Assembly (NCBI RefSeq): GCF_001194135.2
Contig: NC_068984.1
Location: 39,848,775 to 39,912,774, forward strand
From: Octopus bimaculoides
Lineage: Eukaryota
Length of the DNA stretch: 64,000 bases
Reading direction: 5' to 3'
Below the pieces are notes generated by a model. The model saw only the letters and a program-made list of their open reading frames with translations. It had not been told where the DNA came from and searched no databases. The position numbers and the translations under genes were made by a program. Shown here piece by piece: positions 23,290-35,770 of this stretch (positions are counted from its first letter, which is position 1; each line of letters opens with the position of its first letter).

Positions 23290-23454
23290 ATGGTCTAATG
23301 GACTCCTTTCACTTTCTGTCTATCAAACCACTCTGAGGCTTTGGTCTTTGGTCAGCCAGGGATTATAGTAGAAGACACTATCCCAAGGTACTGCAAAGTA
23401 CAACTGAACCTGTAACCACATGGTTAAGAAACAAATTCCCCAACTATACAGCCA
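23241..23454 (-). mobile_element. tRNA-SINE head fragment with (TA)n(CA)n, ending at an N gap
   Basis: AAGGCTTTGGTC..GATTATAGTAGAAGACAC..CCCAAGG..ACTGAACC..CATGGTT matches 32690-32800. Confidence 0.7.
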
Positions 23455-23699
23455 NNNNNNNNNNAACACCTGTTAGAATATGATAATACATTACCATAGT
23501 GTAAAAATAAACTTAAAGTCACTTGGAAGGAATAGTATCTAAGATATGAGCTAGATTTATAAAATATTAAAAAAATAAGAATGATAAAACTTATTATTAT
23601 AAACTTATAAAGCAGAAAAAATGCAATCTATTTTAAATGAGGGAGAAGTGCTTAAAAATATGAATCTTTTCCTTTTGTTTTAATGAGGTGGTGAAGCAT

Positions 23700-24485
23700 G
23701 ATCTTTGAACTTTGAGCCTCACAGAGGCAATGACTGGTGACCGAGACATTTGGCGATGTGCTGTGCTTGAGAAAACCCATCAAGCCAAGTGCACCCGTGC
23801 CGGTGACACGTAAAGAACATCATTTGAATGTTGGGCCTGACAGAGACAAAGTGGCTGAGTTCCTCTCGAGCATTGGGCCTGGCAGAGGCAAAGTGGCTGA
23901 GTTCCTTTCAAGTGTTGGGCCTCACAGAGGCAATGTGGCTGAGTTCCTTTCGAGTGTTGGGCCTCACAGAGGCAATGTGGCTGAGTTCCTTCNNNNNNNN
24001 NNNNNNNNNNNNNNNNNNNNNNNNNNNNNNNNNNNNNNNNNNNNNNNNNNNNNNNNNNNNNNNNNNNNGCAGAGGCAAAGTGGCTGAGTTCCTTTCAAGT
24101 GTTGGGCCTCACAGAGGCAATGTGGCTGAGTTCCTTTCGAGTGTTGGGCCTCACAGAGGCAATGTGGCTGAGTTCCTTCTGAGTGTTGGGCCTCACAGAG
24201 GTAATAACCAAGACCTTTGGCATTATGGCATGCTTGAGAAGAAAACCCATCAAGCCAAGCAAAATCACAGTCATGGCAGATACTGGTGTCACGCAAATTG
24301 GTATCCATGCTGGTGGCACATAAACGCACCCATTATACTCTCAGAGTAGTTGGCGTTAGGAAGGGCATCCAGCCACAGAAAACCATGCCAAATCAAACTG
24401 GAGTCTGATGCAGCCTTCCAGCATACCAGCCCAGTCAAACCGTCCAACCCATACCAGTATGGACATAAAATGATGATGATGATGA
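23700..24485 (+). mobile_element. RTE 3'-UTR copy containing a 42-bp tandem array (23829-24200)
   Basis: Unit GAGTTCCTTTCGAGTGTTGGGCCTCACAGAGGCAATGTGGCT with an N gap at 23993-24068; typical tail at 24340-24485. Confidence 0.85.
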
Positions 24486-24792
24486 AATGTTTAAGACAAA
24501 TTTTTTAAATTTCTTAAATTTGTAAATGCATTGTATTTTAATTTTTGTGTTTCAAAAAGTTTTGTTATCAACAAGATAAAAGGATTGCATAAAACTGGTA
24601 AGAGAATGTGAAATGGGCAATATTCTACAGAATTACAGTCATTAAAATAAAAGAAATGAAAACTGTAAAATAGTACAGAATCACAATCTTAACTTCTACA
24701 TGATATATTTAGCTAAAAAGATGTAAAAAGAAAGTTTTTCAATTATTTATGGCAAATCAGTAAATTCTTTTGGTCTTTAATAAATCATTTAC

Positions 24793-24912
24793 CTGTGAAT
24801 AAATGTGGGAATTTGACTGGAAGAATCACAGCTTCTTTCAAGGCTTCTTTGGCAGTGTCTAATCCAGCTACATCCTCCCAATTAACCTGTGGTTTCTCCA
24901 TAATAATGGCAC
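24793..24912 (-). CDS. VPS4: VPS4 exon 5: (G)[39 protein letters not shown](G)
   Basis: TTCTAAG acceptor, CAG/GTAAAT donor, 120 nt, phase 1/1. Confidence 0.97.
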
Positions 24913-25200
24913 CTTAGAAAGTTTTAGATGTAACAATCAGTTAATTGATATGAAAGAAAATGATCAACAAAAATAAATATCAGTCTTGTTTAATTTTTTT
25001 TTTTTTATGATTTCTAACTTAAGTTTTGAATAATTATAAACAAAAATTAATAATATTTTAATCATATTCATAAACTTTCAAGAATCAAAACTATTATCCA
25101 CTGATTTTTGGGGGTTTCAAACAAGATCATATAATATTTTATAAAAAAAATAAAATGTATAACTATTCACTGAAAAATTACTAAAATATAATACATATTT

Positions 25201-25541
25201 TAGTTGTATACTGCCAACTTAACATGACAGTCCCAATAAGGGAATATACTACTGCTGTTTAGCCCTAGGAAGCCAGACCACTTCCTATTAGGCCTTGACA
25301 CATTTCCTGTGCCCTTATCCTTACGAGGGGGAGACAAACTCCTCCACCCAGCCTAGCCTGCATTCAGGGACATGTTTCTGAGTCTTTGATCGTCATCAGC
25401 CTGAAGTAGCATGACTGGCTAGGATAAGGGCACAGGAAATGTGTCAAGGCCTAATAGGAAGTGGTCTGGCTTCCTAGGGCTAAACAGCAGTAGTATATTC
25501 CCTTATTGGGACTGTCACGTTAAGTTGGCACTATACAACTA
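25201..25541. repeat. Fold-back element: 121-bp inverted arms (2 mismatches) with 99-bp spacer
   Basis: 25201-25321 is the reverse complement of 25421-25541; both outer ends are TA. Confidence 0.95.
25363..25405 (-). ncRNA. Minimal type-I hammerhead ribozyme motif (stem II imperfect)
   Basis: Minus strand UUCAGG-CUGAUGA-CGAUCAAAGACUCA-GAAAC-AU-GUC-CCUGAA: 6-bp stem I, intact CUGAUGA, GAAA and GUC core, palindromic ACAUGU stem III. Confidence 0.72.
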
Positions 25542-26158
25542 CTTTATCGCATCACTACTGCTTAAGTCTCTCTGAGAGATTTAGAAATTCATTATTTCTA
25601 ATACATATTTTGTTTTCTCAATATCTAAGTGCATAAATTTCTAATATTGTCACAAAGAGGAGAAGGGAATCAATACAAATTATATAACACAAAATGTTAC
25701 ACAGTTGTGTTTTACTTTTTATTTACACACTATTTAACTTTTCTCTCAATGAAAGTTACATTGTATGATTTTAATCTTCAAAGACTAATGATTTCAAAAC
25801 TACATTTGTAACACACGATGTATTATACCATAATCTTATAATTATGTTTAGCAGATTTTTGAGTATTTGACTGTTGTGTATTTAAGAGAATCTACTTCCA
25901 GCATGCTCTTAGTGTTTACTGTGCCAGTGCATCCAGGTCAAGTAGCAAAGTAAAAGCTCCCATGAGTCTGCTCAAGCAGAACTGATATAGGGTACTTAAC
26001 AAAACTTTATTTTCTGCAAAGTAAGAGAGAATGACTTCACATTAAAATTTTTAAAAATAAAACTATTACTAAAGCCGCAATGAAAGGAGTGGTTTTTTTT
26101 TTTTTTTCAAAGTTATCTAAACAGAATTCAAATCATTAAAAGCTTAAGGGCTACCTAC

Positions 26159-26247
26159 CCGAGAGTGCATTTTCAAATTTCTTCTTATCAGGATCTTTCT
26201 CAGAGTCAGAGTCACTTGAGGACTCTTTGTCATCTTTACCTGCTCTG
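26159..26247 (-). CDS. VPS4: VPS4 exon 4 (linker): (N)RAGKDDKESSSDSDSEKDPDKKKFENALS(G)
   Basis: TTTTTCAG acceptor (tandem alternatives exist), GTAGGT donor, 89 nt, phase 2/1. Confidence 0.9.
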
Positions 26248-27330
26248 CTGAAAAAATTTTTTAAAAAGCATATCTCTTGGTAGTAATCAATTCGTGCCTT
26301 CATAATGCTAATTCATGTTTGTAATTACAAATAAAATCTTTATATCGAAGTTAAAACTAAGTATCAAAATAAACTAAAACAGTAACATGATATCATTTAC
26401 TCCTTTTAAAATTAAAGAAAATTTCTTGTATGAAAATATTGTTTTAAGGGTTCCCAAAGCTGTGGAATGTAATATTATTGGCCTTTTAAGTGTTTTGGCA
26501 GTGATCATACATACATAGTGTATCCAGGATTATGTTATCCAATGAATTCATTTTTTCAGGATAGTAGGGTGATATTTAAAGAATTAAGCAACTATTTCTA
26601 GCAAATTAAACAACTATGAAGAGACACTCTTATGCATTCATTTTTTATTTTGTGTATGAATTGATATATTGAATTTTTTTTTTTAAATGCTGTAGCATTA
26701 CCAATGTTATTTACATTCTACAGTTGAACTACAAAACATAAATACTACAATATCAACATAGAATGAATTTTTTCCAGTAAAATATTATATCAGAATTTTA
26801 TCTAAAAGAAAAACTATATAAGAAAAATAATTCAAAACATAACAAAAGCATGAAAAGGATAAGATTAAACTACTATAAACAAACATTACTTTAGACATTT
26901 TATACTATAAACTGGAAAACAGGCACCATTTCTTTGTGCTGAAGGCTAGAGAGATTATTTACTTATCAAATACTTTCTGAAATATCTGACATTGCAAAAC
27001 GATCTCCATAATACACAAAGAATGCATGTAAAAGTTATTATAAATTCAACTGTAGAACCAGATAAGGAATATCAATGAACCAAAAGAACAGAAAAGCTTA
27101 GAACAGAACAAGTTAATAAACCTACTGATGAGTTATCATTTGTACACAGTATGCATAAGTATTATAGGCAATGAAGCACACAGAAAAGTTAAAGACATAA
27201 TTGCTAATTTAATTTAGAATGTAGAAGAAATTTATAAAGAATTTCATTAAAATTTATTCAAATTAAAGTCTTCACTATTTATCATTATTTAGAAATTACT
27301 AAAGTATTTTTTAAACAACAATTCACTTAC

Positions 27331-27499
27331 TTTTTGCTGGACTCACCATCTTTACCAAAATGTGAATTTTTTGATTCTCCGTCTTTCACAGGCTGCTTTT
27401 TTTTCTTCTTTAGATATACCTTTAGTTTTTCAGCTCTGTCTAAGTATTGTGCACATTTGGCACGAATACTTTCTTTGGCCTTATCACTTTGGGCTTCAT
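27331..27499 (-). CDS. VPS4: VPS4 exon 3 (MIT helix 3 plus linker): (Y)[55 protein letters not shown]
   Basis: TTTTCACAG acceptor, GTAAGT donor, 169 nt, phase 1/2; [15 protein letters not shown] motif. Confidence 0.95.
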
Positions 27500-27684
27500 C
27501 TGTGAAAAAGTAATACAATCCTTAAATTACTAGAGCTGAAAATATTTCTTCTTGCTAGCCCAGCAAGTTTTGAGGTGAGAACAGGAGTGTGACAAACTAG
27601 ATAAACATTCAATTGTGTTCTAATTTTTATACCATCTGTACCACATTAACAGACTTAAAATATAATAACAGAAATTTATTGTTT

Positions 27685-28000
27685 ATCTATATATGTATAT
27701 AAAGATGAGAATGTGTCTGTCTGTTTACATGAATCCCTAAAACTCAAGAACTACACAACTGATTTCATTCAAATTTTACACATACATTACATATGATCCA
27801 TGGAGTGTCATGGGCCAAAAAAGTTTTCAACTTCTTGCCTAATGCAGCCCAAAGTAATTTTTTTACACTGGTTTGCTATTACATGTCAAAAGTGAAAGAA
27901 TAACATCTATGTTTCACTTTTATTCTTCCAGTTCATAACAATGTTTCATTTTCATTGCACATTTACAGTCTCATACTAACACTTAAATCAACATGATATT
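27685..28000 (+). mobile_element. Possible non-autonomous Helitron-like 5' fragment
   Basis: TCTATATATGTATATAAAGATGAGAATGTGTCTGTCTG...AACTCAAGAACTACACAACTGATTTCATTCAAATTTTACAC resembles invertebrate Helitron-N 5' ends (from memory); no 3' hairpin or CTAG found. Confidence 0.35.
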
Positions 28001-29517
28001 GAAATGACGTGTAAACAGCTCCTTTCCACAGAAATGAAAGATTTGGCTGCTATTTCTACCATGCCTTGCTACCACATAACAGCTATTTGCAATAACAGCA
28101 TGTCGTTCTTAAATTAACATGCATTCCATTTGTGATTTGAAACAGATTTCCTCCAAGTAAATAATTTCATTGTTCTGTCATTGAACAATGCAAGTTAACA
28201 CTTTATCACATTTACCCTGTATGGTGTACGGTTGTTTCCCAATCAACAACTTCTGTCCAACTGGACAGAATCTAACTGCACTTGTGGGCCACTTTACACA
28301 CATTTACTTACTCTTTTACAAGATAACTTTTCATCATCAACACACTACCCCCGCTACTAATAGCTGTTGGGAACCCTTTCAGCCCTGCCTTACATTCGAA
28401 CCGTAATCTCAAAAACATTGTCCCCTCACATTTCATTCTCATTTGCTTCCCACAACAGGGAAATGAAACTTACTTCTCATGATGGGACAATGGAAGATGG
28501 TAAGAGACATTAACCAGATGCTACCCTGTCAAGTGAAATATATTCTCATCCACTTTGCTAACGTACAGAGAGTTCAAATAACTCCACACGACTATAGCAC
28601 CACTGATATCTTTATCCTTCTAGCTGATTTCTAATAAATACGACAGAACAGCCACGCACTGACAAACAACACCCAAAAATAATGTCGAGGCAAACAACAA
28701 AATTTGATACACGATTCATAACCACATTCTCCTTTGCTCTTACCATTTCTCTCGCCTTGCCTTTCACAAGATTACTCTATCAAAGCAATACTGATCAAGT
28801 AAAACCCTTTCATTCATTCTGCTGAATTCGGTACATGACCTTTTTCTTTTGTAAATTGGATAAATTTTGATAAATGCACCAGCACGCATGATTCCTGTCA
28901 GAGTACAACCTAAACCACATTGCACTAAATTAATTCCCACTCTGATAAGCTAATTCTATCTAATATTTTCATAACTTGGTCTATCAATTTAATTCCTCCT
29001 TTCTAAAGAATCATCTTGTCTTTGTATCAGTTTGAAATGCTGATGTTATGCCAGTCATGAGAGATAACATCTCCCTGTACTATCTAATTGATTATGCAGG
29101 TAACTAGTGTATGTCCTACATTGTCAAATACCTTCAACATCTCAGCAACAACCTCTATGGTCCTGCTATTTTCCCTGCCCTCAATTCCTTAATAGTTCTT
29201 TCAACTACGTAGTCAACCTTAATAGCTAGTACCACTATTGGATCTACTTAAGGCAGTCTTTCTTTGTCTATTCATTTTCTTCATTCAGCAACTGAAGGAG
29301 CTGTTTATAGGAACATTTCTATGGTTGTTTCTTCTCAGAATCAGTAAGTGCACCACACTTTTACAATCTGATTGGAATTAGGTTCCAATATATTTTTTGT
29401 AAATTAGTAAAGATTGAAAACAGATCTTTACAAAACAAAGCATTCTTGATGAAAGTAAAAAGAAAAACATGGTGACCTGAACTTATGTTTTGAAACAGAA
29501 ATATTAAGAATACTCAC

Positions 29518-29629
29518 ATTTAATAGCATGAAGAAAATATTCTACTGAATGTTCATATAATCTCAGTGCCTCTTCATAGTTCTTATTTTTATCTTCCTCG
29601 GTGGCTTTAGTCACAAGCTCTATGGCTTT
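29518..29629 (-). CDS. VPS4: VPS4 exon 2 (MIT): [37 protein letters not shown](Y)
   Basis: TTGTTTAG acceptor, GTGAGT donor, 112 nt, phase 0/1. Confidence 0.97.
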
Positions 29630-30408
29630 CTAAACAATTAAATATTGATATTTTTATTAAATAAGGAGAAAAACAATAGGTACAATAGTTGGTATATGAA
29701 CCAAGAATGCAGATATATACAACTATTTTCTTGGTTATGAATCAACAATACACTACAATGCTCTCTGAATTTTTTTTCTATTCATTCCATCTGAAAACAT
29801 AACTTGAAAATTAATAAATTAAACATAGAAGAAAATTAGATGACTTTTTTCTTTTAAAGTATCCTTCACAGCTGACTTACATTCTGATTAAGCAATACAT
29901 AACGGTAAAAATATTATTTACTGTACACATATAGATAACTTCCACCTAAGTCAAAACACAATATTACACAGATGAATTCTGGAACTGAAGAAATCCTGAG
30001 ACAAGATGACATCTATTTCCATCTATAGATTTGTTAGTTGGGTGAATTTAGAATATATATATAATTGAAAATATTCATGATTTAACATCTCTTATTGTCT
30101 CCTTTGTTGATTTACAACTTTGTTTTAGTAATTCTGGACCTGAAGTTAATTTACACAACCTTAGCCACCATTGAGTCACATACATCTGTATGTTATCAAC
30201 TAAGCCTTTTTCTAAATCATAGGGACCTACAGAGCAAATATCACCTTCTGGAACATTGCAGAAACTTTTACTCTATATGGAAAACCAAGCTCAACACTGA
30301 AAACCAACAAAATATTAAATTTCACATGCTTTTAGTACCTGTAGAGGTGAATTATAAAACCCACAGTAACTAATTAAAACTAAGCTTTTGCTTTTCCTTT
30401 GTTTTGTT

Positions 30409-30444
<36 letters not shown>

Positions 30445-30447
<3 letters not shown>

Positions 30448-30712
30448 CAGGTGGCACATAAAATACACCATTTTGAGCGTGGCCATTGCCAGTACCACCT
30501 GACTGGCCTTCGTGCCGGTGGCACGTAAAAGCACTCACTACATTCTCGGAGTGGTTGGCGTTAGTTAGGAAGGGCATCCAGCTGTAGAAACTCTGCCAAA
30601 TCAGATTGGAGCCTGGTGTAGCCATCTGGTTTCACCAGTCCTCAGTCAAATCGTCCAACCCATGCTAGCATGGAAAGCGGATGTTAAACGATGATGACGA
30701 TGATTATGATGA
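30445..30712 (+). mobile_element. Young RTE 3'-end copy after (TA)n
   Basis: Near-identical to the reverse complement of 18990-19250. Other copies at about 33140-33320, 35818-35908, 36075-36282 and 49080-49280 (+). Confidence 0.85.
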
Positions 30713-31493
30713 AGGTGCTGAAACCCAGTATGTTATTCAGTAAGATTAATTTCTAAGACAAAAACTTAGGAAAAACAATTCTAGCTTTTTGATAGGCTGG
30801 AATATAAGCTGCTGATGCTTACCCTTTGTTGTAGAAAATTGTTTATCCATCTTCCAGCTTGCTCTTATATTTTGAAGAGGAAGAGTTAATATCACTTTAT
30901 ATTGAGAAATGCTTTGGTATAATCTAGATAGATACTGCCAACAGCTTATCTTCAGTAAATTATTTTATCACATCTTATAGGTAAATGTTATAATTAATTT
31001 CATACTTTTGGACATAAGTTCCTCAAATAACAGCTAAATTTCATTTTTATGTATAGAGAGCATATACAACTGATTTTTTCTTTTTTAGTTTGAAATACTA
31101 AACTCAAAAACAGCTATGAGTTACAGTAGGCATTGAAAATATTGTTATTGTATTATATCCTACATGCATTATAATATATCACCTTGATGAATCCTTGAGA
31201 ATTATCAGTCAAGTGCAAATACATTGTCTAATTCTTTCAAGCAAATTGCATATGTGAGTGAGTTTGTACTTGTAAAACACATAAATATCTATTTACAATT
31301 TGGTGATCTGCCTATCACAAAATAAAAATTTGGTGAAGTAGAATATACTATTTATTTTAACAGTATTTCTATTCAAAATGTTTATGGGTTCAAAGGTAGT
31401 CATAGTTCAACAATAGCAATAAAATAAAAACATTAAATTTATATATATATATATATTGGCTAAACTGGCAATATGACCATCCCCAAGTACAAC

Positions 31494-31495
<2 letters not shown>

Positions 31496-31564
<69 letters not shown>

Positions 31565-31700
31565 TATATATATATATACACACACACACATATATACATA
31601 TATNNNNNNNNNNNNNNNNNNNNNNNNNNNNNNNNNNNNNNNNNNNNNNNNNNNNNNNNNNNNNNNNNNNNNNNNNNNNNNNNNNATATATATATATATA
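31496..31700. repeat. Compound (TA)n(CA)n microsatellite spanning an N gap (31604-31684)
   Basis: Direct reading. Explains the spurious YIYI/VCVC ORFs. Confidence 0.95.
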
Positions 31701-32394
31701 CACACAACCCATGCCAGCATAGAAGGTAGACATTAAACAATGATGATGATCACACACACAACTAGCCCTTATATATACCTGATACAATTATTGAATCAGG
31801 TAAGAAAAAATATTTTTTCAATTCAAAGATTTTCAGTTTACAATATGACAGTGGGTGGATGGCATATATAAGAGGGTGCTGAGAATGAAAGTAGATATGG
31901 GAGGTGTTAAATGGAGCATGGCAGAGGAGAGAGATAACTAAAGGTACAGAAAGGAAATCACTGAAAATATGGATGGGGAAGGGAGGATAATGGGGAGGAA
32001 GTAACAGGTAGTACAAAGACAGGAAGAGGAGTAATATGTGCCAATACTGCCCATAGACAGAGGAGTGATGAAGGGTTGGTTGTTAGAGGAATGAAATGAG
32101 GTATGCTTGACGAGGCAGAATGAGTTACAAGTATAACCAGAATGCTTTTAGGACATAATTTTTGCTGAGGTGGACAGGCCTTCTCAAGCACAGCAAATCA
32201 CTATCATCTTGGTCCTTTGTCATCTCCTCCATGGGGCTTAGCATCTTGACACCAGCCTCACTAAAATCACCTTTATGTACCCTTACACTTCCCTCCTCAT
32301 CACTCCTGCACCTTGCACATCATCACTCTATCTTCTGATCTATCCTTCCTGAGCCACTTCTTTCTCTCACCTTACATCCTCTGCCCCCATCTCT

Positions 32395-32599
32395 ATCTCT
32401 TTTACTTGTTTCAGTCATTTCACTGCGGCCATGCTAGAGCACCGCCTTTAGTCGAGCAAATCGACCCCAGGACTTATTCTTTTGTAAGCCTAGTACTTAT
32501 TCTATTGGTTTCTTTTTGCCGAACCGTTAAGTTATGGGGATGTAAACACACCAGCATCGGCTGTCAAGCGATGGTGGGGGAACAAACACAGACACACAA

Positions 32600-32644
<45 letters not shown>

Positions 32645-32811
32645 TACGACGGGCTTCTTTCAGTTTCTGTCTACCAAATCCACTCACAAGGCTTTGGTCG
32701 GCCCGAGGCTATAGTAGAAGACACTTGCCCAAGATGCCACGCAGTGGGACTGAACCCGGAACCATGTGGTTGCTAAGCAAGCTACTTACCACACAGCCAC
32801 TCCTGTGCCTT
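32395..32811 (-). mobile_element. Near full-length tRNA-derived SINE with central (TA)n
   Basis: Minus strand: A-box TGGCTGTGTGG, B-box GGTTCAGTCCC, CORE-like CTTGGGCAAGTGTCTT, central microsatellite, body ending GCATGGCCGCAGTGAAATGACTGAAACAAG. Confidence 0.9.
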
Positions 32812-33479
32812 GTTACTATTTCACTATACACTGAGAGTACTCACTCTCCCTCCCCTGATCCACTATCTGTATCCTCTCTTATGCTCACCTTCTTGTACCT
32901 TGAGAGTTTGTTCTGACATACCATCGCTAGCATCTTTATCTCCTTCCTAACTACTCCTACCCCACTCCTATATGTGTAGTAGCTATGTATCCCTCTATAG
33001 CAAGATACCTATTCTTGTCTCTCTATCATACTTTAGCCTTTCAACACTTGACATAAAGCTACCTGCCCCAACAATCATCATTTAGTAGCAGAAGCTTTTT
33101 CCTTGTTCTTCATTTTTGTCTTGCAAATTACTTGGCAACCTCACTAATGCTGGTGGCACAAAAAAGCACTCAGTACACTTTGTAAAGTGGTTGGCATTAA
33201 GAAGGGAATCCAACTGTAGAAACCATACCAAAGCTGACACTGGAGCTTGACTTAGACTGCCAGATGCTGGCAAATCATCCAACCAAAGCCAGCATGGAAA
33301 ATGGATTTATGATAATGATGAATAAGATAGGTGTGAGTAGAACACAACAGAACAGTATATTTTAATATAAAAAGGAAAAAAAATCAGTCATGCTTGAGAT
33401 CTATTTCATTAAAAACTAGTTGTGGATTTTCTAAAATTGCTGAAGAATAACAAAAATAGACAACTTGTCTACTTCCTGC

Positions 33480-35770
33480 CTTGTCTTCACAGCTTAATCA
33501 CCTCAACCTGTACCTATGTAGCCATTCAATCATTGCAGATCACTTAACATCAACACACAATGATTTACTCAGTTATTTTTTCCTTTTTTCTATTTTTACA
33601 ACCTCAACATGTGTATAGCATTCCAGAATACTACTATACTACCATCTTCAGAACACAATCCCTTTCACAATGACAACAAACTTGTAAACAAAAATAACAG
33701 CAGCTTCAATGACCTCATAAGCCACCAAACACTGTTTGGAAACACACTACAAAGGACCAACAATTGTCAAACTTAAACCAAATCCCTTTTTCTGGTCTCT
33801 ACTGTCGACGCCACTAGTACCTACAGGAACAGATCAAATTGATCAGAAAATGCAACATGTCCACTGCACTTCATACAATAAACTACTGCATCTCAAAGTT
33901 TGCAGTGTAATCCTTAACTAGGCTAAAACATTGCATATTTGAAGTATTGGGTCTGTGGATTACACTTTTAGTGCCATAGAAAAATTCAGAGATTATCTGA
34001 GTTACTCAACAACAATCTCATCTTTGCCCTAAAAACTTTTCCAATTTTTCATCTCAGCTAATTAGGGAGTTTTCCATCCTAGCTATATCAGCTACTCTTG
34101 AAACCAAGTCAACCTATCAGATACAAGAGAGTGATTTAGATTATCCTCCACATAATCCAGCCAAGTATTCATGCTGCAGGTGTACAAAACATAGAATACT
34201 TGAAGGAAATATCAACAGCTGCTATTGTCATAGACACCTCTCCCTGTCCAAGAATCTCTTCAAATCATTGAAAGTATGTTAGCATGTTCCATTCCCCAAA
34301 AGGGCAATATCACTAACACTGCCAACTTCGTAACATATCAAAAGTAATGGTAACAGCTAATTGTTAACAATCACCTTCTTTATTGCACTGACACTCCTTC
34401 GTTCTTTTTCTTTCTCCCATTTAACAAACACCAGTGTGGCTTCTGTAGAGCCAGATCTACTGGAGATATTTACTCCAAGTCCCACTCTCCCAAACTTTGA
34501 CTAAATCAATGTTATTGCACTTGATATCAACAAACCTTCATCAGAGATAAGAAATACTTCAGAACTGATTAGGTGGGTTTTATTTGAGCTTTATCAATGG
34601 TTAGCAACCATCTACAAAGCTCAAATAAAATCCACCCTGAAGCACTGCTCACAAACATGTGACAGTGCTACAGCTCCACACACACACTCAAAAATATCCC
34701 AGACTACATCCAAAACAAAGCCATTTAACTGATGGCAATGGTCCACTTACCAAAAATCTGCAACTATGCCTTTACATTTATCATTTTTACTACAATTGGT
34801 AACTACTCCTTTGAACTAGCTAACTGCATACCCTCAACATCCAGGATCACCTTTATTTTGTCTCATGAGCTGAATCTCAAGTAAACATTTCAGCCAGTCT
34901 TTCCTGTCAAGATTACAATTCCTTGGAACTTCCAGCCAGGTCACATTTTTCATACAGATCATCCTAGATATCCAAGCTAAATAAACATCAATCACATCAA
35001 TCTCACCAGCTGGGAGGACCAGCAAAAATTATGATCATTGCCCTTCTTCATCTGGCTATCATACAAAAATGCACAAGCAACATATCCCCAACTGGGGACT
35101 GCTTCAAGCAAACTTCCCTCACTACTGCTAATACAATTCTGCCGGATACAGTAAGTTGGTTATGTTCCAGTTTTCACTCTGTAATAATACATGGCTAAAC
35201 TAACATGTAAAGTGACCAAACCATCAAACTTGTAATGGAGCATGTAACACAATGCTTCTTCCACACAGAAGATAACTTTTTGCACCTTAGCCTCTATCAA
35301 TTTATAGTGCATACTCTCAATATATGTTGTTGTTACTGTTTAACCCCAGTCAGTTCTGATTGAACAAACTTATGGTCAACAGCACTCTAGACATGGCCAT
35401 CTGTAATTTTTTTTATATATAGGACTATATTATATAATCTGTTCTTCTTTTCTAAAATCAATGGTACAATTTTAGAGAATTATGCTGCTGTGTCTAGCTG
35501 GTTGAGCGACCATATATAGGCTCCCTCAGTGGCTCAGATATTTCAAAGTTGATGGGAATGATCATGAGAAATCACCTCCGTCTCTACCTTGAAACTCTTT
35601 TCCTCTTTAATTATCACTAATAGAGTTTCCACGGTTTGCTTTCTTACACAACAATGGTGTCTTTCCCCTGAAAACTTCAATAAAGTTATTGCTCTTGATA
35701 TCAGCAAAGCTTTCAGCTGTGATTGGCATGAGAAATTCTAAACAAAGCTCTTTTGTTATATACTTATTTC
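33480..35770 (+). mobile_element. Highly decayed Jockey/CR1-group LINE remnant
   Basis: Patches translate to RT motifs: ..VPFPKRA.S..ANF (about 34270-34330) and VIALDISKAF (35685-35715). Confidence 0.45.

Noticed and set aside
23737-24349. Repetitive ORFs (AEFLSSVGPHRGNV)n and the 42-bp array as a coding repeat or CRISPR
   Set aside because: Contiguous tandem units without spacers, inside an RTE 3' UTR; eukaryotic context, no cas genes.
25321-25340. TACGAGGG as a mariner TIR start in the fold-back spacer
   Set aside because: No partner TIR or transposase nearby; the spacer is better explained by the hammerhead unit.
32645-32811. tRNA gene
   Set aside because: A and B boxes belong to a SINE head; no cloverleaf 3' end or terminator, and many degenerate copies.
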